Origin: Bilabrum cf. latius
Taxonomy: Eukaryota
Assembly (NCBI GenBank): GCA_965178125.1
Contig: OZ237771.1
Coordinates: forward strand, 248,001 to 312,000
Reading direction: 5' to 3'
Length of the DNA stretch: 64,000 nt
This document shows positions 47,760-60,776 of the stretch, one piece after another (positions within the stretch are counted from its first letter, which is position 1; every line of letters starts with the position of its first letter). The position numbers were made by a program, and so were the translations under genes. The notes under the pieces are model-generated. The model made no database searches and was not told the origin of the DNA. It saw only the letters and a list, made by a program, of their open reading frames with translations.

Positions 47760-50243
47760 TCAAAGGGTGCAAGATCCCCCCCTCACAGTGGCACTAGCCA
47801 CTTGCGATCTGCTGAAGTACTCCCAGTCGTGAGCTGGCACCCCGAGCATGAAGGACCGACGGGATGCGTCGTACCTGGCCTACTCGGCTGCATCCAGGTT
47901 CTTGTCGTGTGACCACGTTGCAGTACCTGCCACTCCAGCGCCCGTGTCCTTACCTTCATTAGCTGCCTTCACGAACGCCCCTTGCTTCGCCTCAAGTGCA
48001 TCGTTTGCTTCCTTGAGAGCATCTTCGCTTGAAGGCAGGTAGGCGTCCAGCCAGTGCGTCTCGCCGGATTTTGCCATCACCTGCAGGCACATGCGCTGGG
48101 TGACATGGGTGTGCCTGCTGTGGAGACCGTGCGGGATCGGGTAGGGCTCTCTGAGCGATTTCAGGTGGAACTCATATCCCAAGTCCACTCCCAGGACTGC
48201 TCGCATTGCGTGGCGAATACTGCTCCTGGTCTCGGTCATGGACTCGAGGTGCGGGTAGATGCTGCTGCCCTTGGAGCCGCTGTTACAAGCAGATGGAAAC
48301 TGAACCAGCAAGGGAATCGGCTAGTACTTCTTAGGTTTAGCATACAGCGTCCAGGTGCCCGGCACAGTGGGTCGCTTCCAGACAGGACTGAGTTCAACAG
48401 GCGGCTCATTACCGACGGCACCGGTGCTCTCAGCTCGAAACACGCTCATGGGCGACATGCGGTCAGCGGAGAATTCCAAAGCAAAACTGCCCCTGGCGTT
48501 CAGCTAAACGGTAAGCATTGGAATATCTTCGCCCTCTGAGTCCATATCTGGGATTGGCCACCATAGTGGCACACCTGTCTGGTGCTCACTGCTTGGATCA
48601 TGCAGCTGGCACCTGGATTCACCGCGCCGCATCCCCTCAAGACTGTAGGCATCCAGCTTGAAGGTATTGCCCAGGTCCCGGTGATCGATCCTGCGGTACT
48701 GCACTGGGATGCCGCTGTCCAAGTCGTGACGAGTATCAGCCTCTGCTTCAGGTGAAGATGCACTGTCGGACTTGCCATCCGGCGTTGCTTCGGTTTGAGA
48801 GTACGCCTCCGCCTTCGAGTGCAGCACATCACCTACCACCTCCCGGTACAGCGACCGCTGCTTGCACTCGTCACTGCCCATCGCATGGACTTTGGACCAG
48901 TCCAACTTCATGCTCACTACGTCAGGGATGGTGATTTCCTCAGGCTCCTAGAAACCTGCCTCCAGTTGCGAGCAGAACCCAGTCACCACGCAGATGCGAC
49001 GAACCGGGCACAGCTTCCTCGGCGAACGCTCCCCAGCACCGCCACACGACGGGAGCCAGTGGCCACAGGCATCGGAAGCCCCACCTCCCTGCCTGTGCTT
49101 CTTCGGGCAGTACCCCTGGCTGCCCACGTCCAGCATGGCATGCAGCGCCACCCAGCTGTAGGCCTCCATGGGCAGCATGGCGCACGTGCGGTCCAGCCTC
49201 TCGTCTGCATCCGTCGGTGGCTTGTCTCCGAACATGGCCTCGAAGCTGCTGCACACGGACTCGGAAGGAGGATCGAATCCCGTCTCTCCTTTCTCCGCGC
49301 AGGCGAGACGAGTGGGAGCATCTCCTGGATCAGCTGGCGGTGCACCTGCAAGAGTCTGCCTGTGCTTTGGTCCCCCTGTGAGCACATAGTCGGCCACCAC
49401 GTTCTGGCACACTCGACAGCGATCTGTGACGTGATGGTCGTCCCTGTTCTTCTCAACGGCATCGCTGTCATCTGTGGCGGGACTCATCGTGGTTGCGTCC
49501 TCGTTGGCGATCTTGACCTCCTCGTGATCGATCAGCCGCTTTCGGTTGAAGGCTTCGTAGTCTGCATCGAGCTGCTCGCAGTCTTGGATCGGCAGGGACC
49601 GCACGTCGTCCCATCCGTTGGTTTGGAGGCTGTTGTGCTTCTCGATGAACAGGTTCAGGGTCTCGCACGTGTCCTTCGGCAGACCAGCCCTCCCATTCTC
49701 CAGCATCGACAGCACGGTCTACGCCGCGTGAGACACAGCGACTATGTCGGAGGCCTTGCTGATCCGCTCTTCGGTCGCGGCCCAGAGCAGGAACTTCCTG
49801 GCTTTGGCGGCCTGGAACACCTGAGACATCGTCATCTCTTCATCGACGGACTTGCCACTCGGGTCCACTAGGAACCCATTCCCGCTGACGAAGCACCTCT
49901 TCGCGATCGCCTCCATGTCTTCAGGATCTTGCTCAGTCTTGCCGGCGCTGATGGCCACCTGATGGCATGCCTTGCGATCCAGCACGATGCTGTACGAATG
50001 GCGCGGCGACACCTGCATGGCGATGGGTGCCGGCAGCTCGCTCACCCTCCTTGCCCACTGGTCGATGAAGCTGCTCTGCGTGTCCTCGTCCTGCGTGGCG
50101 CTGACGAGCCCTGGCTCGCCCCCCTGCACCACGATCTTGACGTCTCTCACAAGAGAGGCAGTGCGGCTGGATTTGGAGTTGGACCACGAGGCCGAGAGCT
50201 CCACGGCTTGCTTGCCACCGCTGGCAGCGAGGTTGCCCAGCAT
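47760..50243 (-). CDS. Array gene M copy B
   Basis: TAG at 49719, 48948, 48504, 48321 and 47880; TGA stop. Confidence 0.75.
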
Positions 50244-50453
50244 GAGGGCCCGTCGGATGGAGGGGCCATCTGCGCCCAATGTCCATGTTTATATTGTTCG
50301 GTGCTCTCGATACTGTATCGTTAAGTCTCGCCCTATGCGTGAGGGCTTTGTCCCGAAGATGTTTGTGTTGGTTGCAACCGTGCGTTCTTGGACCAAATAT
50401 CAAGATGAAGATACCGGTTGATGGACTGGCGAAGCATTTCGACTGAATTCTAG

Positions 50454-51845
50454 ATGGCAGGTGTGGCTGGCTCTGGGTCTTCCACTGATTTGGTTACGTA
50501 TGTAGATCTCAAAGACAAAACCGAAGGTCTCGAGCGTCACTTTGAGGCGCCCACCGAAGTATCACTTAGTACTGCAGATCCTTCTTCGGTTGTTCTCGGT
50601 GACATTGCCTGGAGCACGATCAAAACTCAGGTTGTCGTATTCAGCACTTTGGATCATGTGGTCGGCATGCCTGCAGGATTTGCGCTTGCGCTAGTCTACC
50701 AGTTTCACATCAGCGAGCTGGAGATTATTTGCGTGGAGACTGGTGCCGTGGCAGCCTCTGTTGTTGTCGATATGGAGTAGCGATTATTTTGGGACAAGTT
50801 CTTTATTCCATCTTCAGGCAAATTCTACCACATGAACGGAGACATTCTCTAGATTGATCTGCATGGTATGTCTGCTGAGAGTGTGGTGAAAGGCAGTCCC
50901 ATTTCCAGAGGTGTCGGCATTCTCCACCCTGGTGTCGGGCTATATGTAAGCCCTCGTACGCCACTTTAGATTTTCATGATATCACCTGTGTCTGGAAAGG
51001 AGGTCTGCTTCGACCCGTCCGAGATTGAAGCGGTCGTCCCGGATGAGGACGAGCGCACAGCTGGCAAGCCGCTGGTCACCAAAGTGAAAAAGACGTACAC
51101 TGAGTCGCTGATTGGGGTCTCTGTTTTTAAGGAGCAGATTGTCCATTGCGGGCGGTACAGTCATTTCACGGTACTGCAGGACGGAAAAGTGGCAGGATGG
51201 GCACCGCACGGGGAGTGCTTCGGGGGCTTCACAGTGTGGGACCCTTCCACCAACAAGACCAGGTTCGTCGCTGACAACTTCATTCTGGGGGGAAATCCGT
51301 TGGTGGACGACTGGGGGGAATCAGTAGAAGATGAAGTCGTTACTGAAGGCACCCTGCAGCAGGTGGGCCCTTCGCTCGTGGCTCTGTTCCTATAGCGGCA
51401 CAAATTCGGTATCGTCATCATCGACGTGGACCGAATGGAGCAGGTGGGGCTGGCGGCGGAAGGGGAGCGCATCCAGCTTGCCGAGGTGGTGCAAGTGGAA
51501 GGTCAAGATCACTGCATGCTGATTGCCGGGACTGTTGCGCCCGGGTCTGTGCAGGTGTGGAAGCCTGTGAGCGCGAAAGAGGGCTGGTACAAGAAGCAGC
51601 AGGAGGTGGAGATCGGTGAGAAGGTGAAGGGTATCACAGCTCTGCAGGTGGTCCCAGGGGGCAAGCTGCTGGCGGCAGGGCGAATGCATGGCTTCGGACA
51701 TCGGCCGATCAAGGAGCACCCTATCGTGTGTTTGCAACTGGATGGAGTCGATGTGTCACTCCCTGAAGGTACCGGCAAGGAGGATCGTTCCACTGGTGAC
51801 AGTAAGCTGCTGGCCAAGCTGAAGGACGGAGGGTATATGAAGTAA
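50454..51845 (+). CDS. Array gene P copy 3 (apparently identical to copy 2)
   Basis: Offset +4368 from copy 2, with the same translation. Confidence 0.78.
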
Positions 51846-52127
51846 CTGGTAGAGGCTATCCTGAATCGGCATTCGTCTGTGTACCAGTGTGCATGACCAC
51901 ACTGCTAAGGTTTAGCTAATAAGCAAGATTCGTTTTTCATTTTTTATGGCTATCGGGAATCCGATTCGGGATACGTGTGTCACACTAGATTTCTATCGAG
52001 GTTCTTGAGATGAGCAAGGCGCATGGCAGCATATAAGTTATAACCTTATAAAGCAAAATCCAAATGGATCGATCGCCCAAAACAAGCTGACGTCAAGCTG
52101 GCTGTGCAGAGACCCAGTATCAACTAC

Positions 52128-54611
52128 TCAAAGGGTGCAAGATCCCCCCCTCACAGTGGCACTAGCCACTTGCGATCTGCTGAAGTACTCCCAGTCGTGA
52201 GCTGGCACCCCGAGCATGAAGGACCGACGGGATGCGTCGTACCTGGCCTACTCGGCTGCATCCAGGTTCTTGTCGTGTGACCACGTTGCAGTACCTGCCA
52301 CTCCAGCGCCCGTGTCCTTACCTTCATTAGCTGCCTTCACGAACGCCCCTTGCTTCGCCTCAAGTGCATCGTTTGCTTCCTTGAGAGCATCTTCGCTTGA
52401 AGGCAGGTAGGCGTCCAGCCAGTGCGTCTCGCCGGATTTTGCCATCACCTGCAGGCACATGCGCTGGGTGACATGGGTGTGCCTGCTGTGGAGACCGTGC
52501 GGGATCGGGTAGGGCTCTCTGAGCGATTTCAGGTGGAACTCATATCCCAAGTCCACTCCCAGGACTGCTCGCATTGCGTGGCGAATACTGCTCCTGGTCT
52601 CGGTCATGGACTCGAGGTGCGGGTAGATGCTGCTGCCCTTGGAGCCGCTGTTACAAGCAGATGGAAACTGAACCAGCAAGGGAATCGGCTAGTACTTCTT
52701 AGGTTTAGCATACAGCGTCCAGGTGCCCGGCACAGTGGGTCGCTTCCAGACAGGACTGAGTTCAACAGGCGGCTCATTACCGACGGCACCGGTGCTCTCA
52801 GCTCGAAACACGCTCATGGGCGACATGCGGTCAGCGGAGAATTCCAAAGCAAAACTGCCCCTGGCGTTCAGCTAAACGGTAAGCATTGGAATATCTTCGC
52901 CCTCTGAGTCCATATCTGGGATTGGCCACCATAGTGGCACACCTGTCTGGTGCTCACTGCTTGGATCATGCAGCTGGCACCTGGATTCACCGCGCCGCAT
53001 CCCCTCAAGACTGTAGGCATCCAGCTTGAAGGTATTGCCCAGGTCCCGGTGATCGATCCTGCGGTACTGCACTGGGATGCCGCTGTCCAAGTCGTGACGA
53101 GTATCAGCCTCTGCTTCAGGTGAAGATGCACTGTCGGACTTGCCATCCGGCGTTGCTTCGGTTTGAGAGTACGCCTCCGCCTTCGAGTGCAGCACATCAC
53201 CTACCACCTCCCGGTACAGCGACCGCTGCTTGCACTCGTCACTGCCCATCGCATGGACTTTGGACCAGTCCAACTTCATGCTCACTACGTCAGGGATGGT
53301 GATTTCCTCAGGCTCCTAGAAACCTGCCTCCAGTTGCGAGCAGAACCCAGTCACCACGCAGATGCGACGAACCGGGCACAGCTTCCTCGGCGAACGCTCC
53401 CCAGCACCGCCACACGACGGGAGCCAGTGGCCACAGGCATCGGAAGCCCCACCTCCCTGCCTGTGCTTCTTCGGGCAGTACCCCTGGCTGCCCACGTCCA
53501 GCATGGCATGCAGCGCCACCCAGCTGTAGGCCTCCATGGGCAGCATGGCGCACGTGCGGTCCAGCCTCTCGTCTGCATCCGTCGGTGGCTTGTCTCCGAA
53601 CATGGCCTCGAAGCTGCTGCACACGGACTCGGAAGGAGGATCGAATCCCGTCTCTCCTTTCTCCGCGCAGGCGAGACGAGTGGGAGCATCTCCTGGATCA
53701 GCTGGCGGTGCACCTGCAAGAGTCTGCCTGTGCTTTGGTCCCCCTGTGAGCACATAGTCGGCCACCACGTTCTGGCACACTCGACAGCGATCTGTGACGT
53801 GATGGTCGTCCCTGTTCTTCTCAACGGCATCGCTGTCATCTGTGGCGGGACTCATCGTGGTTGCGTCCTCGTTGGCGATCTTGACCTCCTCGTGATCGAT
53901 CAGCCGCTTTCGGTTGAAGGCTTCGTAGTCTGCATCGAGCTGCTCGCAGTCTTGGATCGGCAGGGACCGCACGTCGTCCCATCCGTTGGTTTGGAGGCTG
54001 TTGTGCTTCTCGATGAACAGGTTCAGGGTCTCGCACGTGTCCTTCGGCAGACCAGCCCTCCCATTCTCCAGCATCGACAGCACGGTCTACGCCGCGTGAG
54101 ACACAGCGACTATGTCGGAGGCCTTGCTGATCCGCTCTTCGGTCGCGGCCCAGAGCAGGAACTTCCTGGCTTTGGCGGCCTGGAACACCTGAGACATCGT
54201 CATCTCTTCATCGACGGACTTGCCACTCGGGTCCACTAGGAACCCATTCCCGCTGACGAAGCACCTCTTCGCGATCGCCTCCATGTCTTCAGGATCTTGC
54301 TCAGTCTTGCCGGCGCTGATGGCCACCTGATGGCATGCCTTGCGATCCAGCACGATGCTGTACGAATGGCGCGGCGACACCTGCATGGCGATGGGTGCCG
54401 GCAGCTCGCTCACCCTCCTTGCCCACTGGTCGATGAAGCTGCTCTGCGTGTCCTCGTCCTGCGTGGCGCTGACGAGCCCTGGCTCGCCCCCCTGCACCAC
54501 GATCTTGACGTCTCTCACAAGAGAGGCAGTGCGGCTGGATTTGGAGTTGGACCACGAGGCCGAGAGCTCCACGGCTTGCTTGCCACCGCTGGCAGCGAGG
54601 TTACCCAGCAT
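52128..54611 (-). CDS. Array gene M copy C (near-identical to B)
   Basis: Offset +4368 from copy B. Confidence 0.75.
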
Positions 54612-54822
54612 GAGGGCCCGTCGGATGGAGGGGCCGTCTTTGTGGTATTATTACGTGTTGATCGTCCGATGCTCTCGATAATTCTGCATCGGTAAGTTTC
54701 GCGGAAGGCATGATGGCTCTCCCCAAAGTCTCGACGCTGGTTGCAACCGGTCGGTCCGGGACCAATTGTCAAGATGAAGATACCGGTTGATGGACTGGCG
54801 AAGCATTCTATTGAATTTTCAA

Positions 54823-56214
54823 ATGGCAGGTGCGGCTGGCTCTGAGCCTTCCAATGATTTGGTTAAATATTCAGATCTCGAAGAGAAAACCGAAGGTCTT
54901 GAGCGTCACTTTGAAGCGCCCACCGAAATATCACTTAGTACTGCAGATCCTTCTTCTGTTGTACTCGGTGACGTAGTGTGGAGCACGATCAAAACTCAGG
55001 TTGTCGTATTCAGCACTTTGGATCATGTGGTCGGCATGCCTGCAGGATTTGCGCTTGCGCTAGTGTACCAGTTTCACATCAGCGAGCTGGAGATTATTTG
55101 CGTGGAGACTGGTGCCGTGGCAGCGTCCATTCTATATGATGAAGATCAAGGAATATTTTGGGACAAGTTCTTGATTCCACCTTCAGGCAAATTCTACCAC
55201 ATGAACGGAGACATTCTTAAGATCGATCTGCACGCCATGGCGGCTTCATGCGTGGTAAGTGGCCGCGAACTATCGAGAAGTGTTGGCATTCTCCACCATG
55301 ATATCGGGCTCTTTGTTAGCCCTCTTACACCGTTTCAGATATACATGATATCACCTGTGTCTGGGAAAGAGGTCTGCTTCGAAGCATCCGAGATTGAGGC
55401 AGTCGTCCCGGATGAGGATGAGCGCACAGCTGGCAAACCAATGGTCACGAGAGTGAAAAAGACGTACACTGAGTCGCTGCTACATGCATCCGTATTCAAG
55501 GAGCAGATTGTGGGGTGCGGGAGGTACAGCCAATTTACGGTGCTGCAAGACGGAAGGGTGGCCGCGTGGGCTCCGCACGGGGAGTGCTTCGGGGGCTTCA
55601 CAGTGTGGGACCCTTCCACCAACAAGACCAGGTTCGTCGCTGACAACTTCATTCTGGAGGGAAATCCAAGAGTTGATGGCTGGTCAAAGACTGTCGAAGA
55701 TGATATCACATCGAAAGGCACTGTTCAACAGGTGGGCCCGTCCCTCGTGGCTCTGTTCCTGCAGCGACACAAATTCGGTATCGTCATCATTGATGTGGAC
55801 CGAATGGAGCAGGTGGGGCTGGCGGCGGAAGGGGAGCGCATCCAGCTTGCCGAGGCGGTGCAAGTGGAAGGTCAAGATCACTGTATGCTGATTGCTGGGA
55901 CTGTTGCGCCTGGTACTGTGCAGGTGTGGAAGCCCGTGAGCGCGAAAGAGGGCTGGTACAAGAAGCAGCAGGAGGTGGAAATCGGTGAGAAGGTAAAGGG
56001 TATCACAGCTCTTGAGGTGGTCCCAGGGGGCAAGCTGCTGGCAGCAGGGCGAGTGGATGGCTTCGGGCATCGGCCGATCAAGGAGCATCCGATCGTGTGT
56101 TTGCAACTGAATGGGGTTGATGTGTCACTCCCTGAGGGTACCGGCAAGGAGGATCGTTCCACTGGTGACAGTAAGCTGCTGGCCAAGCTTAAAGAGGGAG
56201 GGTACATGAAGTAA
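54823..56214 (+). CDS. Array gene P copy 4
   Basis: Intact ORF with no TAG; TAA stop. Confidence 0.8.
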   Translation: MAGAAGSEPSNDLVKYSDLEEKTEGLERHFEAPTEISLSTADPSSVVLGDVVWSTIKTQVVVFSTLDHVVGMPAGFALALVYQFHISELEIICVETGAVAASILYDEDQGIFWDKFLIPPSGKFYHMNGDILKIDLHAMAASCVVSGRELSRSVGILHHDIGLFVSPLTPFQIYMISPVSGKEVCFEASEIEAVVPDEDERTAGKPMVTRVKKTYTESLLHASVFKEQIVGCGRYSQFTVLQDGRVAAWAPHGECFGGFTVWDPSTNKTRFVADNFILEGNPRVDGWSKTVEDDITSKGTVQQVGPSLVALFLQRHKFGIVIIDVDRMEQVGLAAEGERIQLAEAVQVEGQDHCMLIAGTVAPGTVQVWKPVSAKEGWYKKQQEVEIGEKVKGITALEVVPGGKLLAAGRVDGFGHRPIKEHPIVCLQLNGVDVSLPEGTGKEDRSTGDSKLLAKLKEGGYMK

Positions 56215-56456
56215 CTGTTGGCGGCTACCCTGAACATGAATCCGCATTCGTCTGTGTACCAGTGTCCATGACCACATTGCTAAGGTTTAGCTAATAAGCA
56301 AGGTTCGTTTTGTAGATCGGGATACGTGTGTCACACTGAATTCTTGTAGAGATTCTTGAGACGAGCAAGGCGCACGGCAGCAAATAGCAAAATCGATCTT
56401 CCAAAACAAGTTGTTGTCAAGCTGGCTGTGTAGGCACTGCAGAGACACTGTATGAA

Positions 56457-58937
56457 TCATTGGCAAGTGCACGTTCCCCCCGCCACAGTGGCACTAGCCA
56501 ACTGCGACCTGCTGAAGTACTCCCAGTCGTGAGCTGGCACCCCGAGCATGAAGGACCGGCGGGAAGCGTCGTACCTGGCCTACTCGGCTGCATCCAAGTT
56601 CTTGTCGTGTGACCACGTTGAAGTACCTGCCACTCCAGCGCCCGTGTCCTTACCTTCATCAGCAGCTTTCACGAATGCAACTCGCTTCGCCTCAAGTGCA
56701 TCGTTTGCTTCCTTGAGAGCATCTTCCCTTGAAGGCAGGTAGGCGTCCAGCCAGTGTGTTTCGCCGGATTTTGCCATCACCTGCAGGCACATGCGCTGGG
56801 TGACATGGGTGTGCCTGCTGTGGAGAGCGTGCGAAATCGGGTAGGGCTCCCTGAGCGACTTCAGGTGGAACTCATATCCCAAGTCCACTCCCAGCACAGC
56901 TCGCATTGCGTAGGTAGTGCTGCTCCTGGTCTCGGTCATGGACTCAAGGTGCGGGTAGATGCTGCTGCCCTTGGAGCCGCTGTTGCAGGCAGATGGGAAT
57001 TGCATGAGCAATGCAATGGGCTGGAAGTCCACGGGCTTAGCATACAGTGTCCAGGTGCCCGGCACAGTGGGTCGCTTCCAGACAGGACTGAGTTCAACAG
57101 GCGGCTCATCACCGACGGCACCGGTACTCTCTGCTCGAAACACGCTCACGGGCGACATGCGGTCAACGGAGACCTCGAGAATATGTTCTCCCCGGGCATC
57201 CTCAAGACTGCTCTTGATCTGGACGGAGTCCCCGTCCTAATCTCTAAATTGCCACCACAGCGGTACTCCAGTGTGGGATGTAGTAGCTGGATCATGCAGC
57301 TGGCACCTGGATTCACCGCGCCGCATGCCCTCAAGACTGTAGGCATCCAGCTTGAAGGCATTGCCCAGATCCCGGTGATCGATCCTTCGGTACTGCACTG
57401 GGATGCCGCTGTCCAAGTCGTGACGAGTGACAGCCTCTGCTTCAGGTACAGATGCACTATCGGACTCGCCATCCGGCGTTGCTTCGGTTTGAGAGTACGC
57501 CTCTGCCTTCGAGTGCAGCACATCACCTACCACCTCCCGGTACAGCGACCGCTGCTTGCACTCCTCACTGCCCATCGCATGGACTTTGGACCAGTCCAAC
57601 TTCATGCTCACCGCGTCAGGGATGGTGATTTCCTCAGGCTCCTAGAAACCTGCCTCCAGTTGCGAGCAGAACCCAGTCACCACGCAGATGCGACGAACCG
57701 GGCACAGCTTCCTCGGCGAACGCTCCCCAGCACCGCCACACGACGGTAGCCAGTGGCCACAGGCATCGGAAGCCCCACCCACCGGCATGTGCTTCTTCGG
57801 GCAGTACCCCTGGCTGCCCACGTCCAGCATGGCATGCAGCGCCACCCAGCTGTAGGCCTCCATGGGCAGCATGGCGCACGTGCGGTCCAGCCTCTCGTCT
57901 GCATCCGTCGGTGGCTTGTCTCCGAACATGGCCTCGAAGCTGCTGCACACGGACTCGGAAGGAGGATCGAATCCCGTCTCTCCTTTCTCCGCGCAGGCGA
58001 GACGAGTGGGGGCATCTCCTGGATCAGTTGGCGGTGCACCTGCAAGAGTCTGCCTGTGCTTTGGTCCCCCGGTGAGCACATAGTCGGCCACCACGTTCTG
58101 GCACACTCGACAGCGATCTGTGACGTGATGGTCGTCCCTGTTCTTCTCAACGGCATCGCTGTCAGCTGTGGCGGGACTCACCGTGGTTGCGTCCTCGTTG
58201 GCGATCTTGACCTCCTCGTGATCGATCAGCCGCTTTCGGTTGAAGGCTTCGTAGTCTGCATCGAGCTGCTCGCAGTCTTGGATCGGCAGGGACCGCACGT
58301 CGTCCCATCCGTTGGTTTGGAGGCTGTTGTGCTTCTCGATGAACAGGTTCAGGGTCTCGCACGTATCCTTCGGCAGACCAGCCCTCCCATTCTCCAGCAT
58401 CGACAGCACGGTCTACGCCGCGTGAGACACAGCGACGATGTCGGAGGCCTTGCTGATCCGCTCTTCGGTCGCGGCCCAGAGCAGGAACTTCCTGGCTTTG
58501 GCGGCCTGGAACACCTGAGACATCGACATCTCTTCATCGACAGAATTGCCACTCGCGTCCACCAGGAACCCATTCCCGCTGACGAAGCACCTCTTCGCGA
58601 TCGCCTCCATGTCTTCAGGATTCTGCTTAGTCTTGCCGGCGCTGATGGCCACCTGATGGCATGCCTTGCGATCAAGCACGATGCTGTACGAATGGCGCGG
58701 CGACACCTGCATGGCGATGGGTGCCGGCAGCTCGCTCACCCTCCTTGCCCACTGGTCGATGAAGCTGCCCTGCGTGTCCTCGTCCTGCGTGGCGCTGACA
58801 AGCCCTGGCTCACCCCCCTGCACCACGATCTTGACGTCTCTCACAAGAGAGGCAGTGCGGCTGGATTTGGAGTTGGACCACGAGGCCGAGAGCTCCACGG
58901 CTTGCTTGCCACCGCTGGCAGCGAGGTTGCCCAGCAT
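56457..58937 (-). CDS. Array gene M copy D (A-type C-terminal half)
   Basis: TAG at 58413, 57642, 57237 and 56580; TGA stop. Confidence 0.75.
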
Positions 58938-59149
58938 GAGGGCCCGTCGGATGGAGGGGCCGTCTTTGTGGTATTATTACGTGTTGATCGTCCGATGCTC
59001 TCGATGATTCTGCATCGGTAAGTTTCGCGGAAGGCATGATGGCTCTCCCCAAAGTCTCGACGCTGGTTGCAACCGGTCGGTCCGGGACCAATTGTCAAGA
59101 TGAAGATATCGGCTGATGGACTGGCGAAGCATTCCCATTGAATTTTCAA

Positions 59150-60541
59150 ATGGCAGGTGTGGCTGGCTCTGAGCCTTCCAATGATTTGGTTAAATATTCA
59201 GATCTCAAAGAGAAAACCGAAGGTCTCGAGCGTCACTTTGAAGCGCCCACCGAAATATCACTTAGTACTGCAGATCCTTCTTCTGTTGTACTCGGTGATG
59301 TAGTCTGGAGCACGATCAAAACTCAGATTGTAGTATTCAGCACATTGGATCATGTGGCCGGCATGCCTGCAGGATTTGCGCTTGCGCTAGTCTACCAGTT
59401 TCACATCAGCGAGCTGGAGATTATTTGCGTGGAGACTGGTGCCGTGGCAGCGTCAATTGTTGTAGACAAGGAGCAGGCATTGTATTGGGACAAGTTCTTG
59501 ATTCCATCTTCAGGCAAATTCTATCACTTAAATCGCGACCTGCTCTAGATTGATCTGCATGGTATGTCTGCTGAGAGTGTGGTGAAAGGCCGTCCTATTT
59601 CCAGAGGTGTTGGGATTCTTCACCCTGGTGTCGGGCTATATGTAAGCCCTCGTACGCCACTTTAGATTTTCATGATATCACCTGTGTCTGGGAAAGAAGT
59701 CTGCTTCGAAGCATCCGAGATTGAAGCAGTCGTCCCGGATGAGGATGAGCGCACAGCTGGCAAGCCAATGGTCACCAAAGTGAAAAAGACGTACACTGAA
59801 TCACTGATTGGAGTCTCTGTATTTGAGGAACAGATCGTACATTGCGGGCGGTACAACCATTTCACGGTGCTGCAGGACGGAAGGGTGGCAGCGTGGGCGG
59901 ACTACGGGGAGTGCTTCGGGGGCTTCACAGTGTGGGACCCTTCCACCAACAAGACCAGGTTCGTCGCTGACAACTTCATTCTGGAGGGAAATCCAAGAGT
60001 TGAGGGCGCGGAACGCATAGTTCCCGATGAAGGTGGATCGAGGGGTACCCTGCAGCAGGTGGGCCCTTCGCTAGTGGCTATGTTCCTGCAGCGACACAAA
60101 TTCGGTATCGTCATCATTGACGTGGACCGAATGGAGCAGGTGGGGCTGGCGGCGGAAGGGGAGCGCCTCCAGCTTGCCGAGGCGGTGCAAGTGGAAGGTC
60201 AAGATCACTGCATGCTGATTGCCGGGACTGTTGCGCCTGGTACTGTGCAGGTGTGGAAGCCCGTGAGCGCGAAAGAGGGCTGGTACAAGAAGCAGTAGGA
60301 AGTGGAGATCGGTGAGAAGGTGAAGGGTATCACAGCTCTTGAGGTGGTCCCAGGGGGCAAGCTGCTGGCGGCAGGGCGAATGCATGGCTTCGACGAGCGG
60401 CCGATCAAGGAGCATCCGATTGTGTGTTTGCAACTTGATGGAGTCGATTTGTCACTCCCTGAAGGTACCGGCAAGGAGGATCGTTCCACTGGTGACAGTA
60501 AGCTGCTGGCAAAACTGAAGGAGGGAGGGTACATGAAGTAA
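59150..60541 (+). CDS. Array gene P copy 5 (3 in-frame TAG)
   Basis: TAG at 59546, 59663 and 60296; TAA stop. Confidence 0.8.
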
Positions 60542-60776
60542 CTGGTAGAGTCCATCCGAAATCTGCATTCTTCTGTGTACCAGTGTCCATGACCACATTG
60601 CTAAGGTTTAGCTAATAAGCAAGGTTTGTTTTCTAGATCTAAATGCGTGTATCACTTTACATTCTTGTAGAGGTTCTTGAGACGAGCAAAGCGTGTGAAA
60701 GCATATAGCAAAATCGATCGTCCAAAACAAGCACACGTCCAGCTTGCTGTGCAGAGACCCAGTATCAATCCATAGT

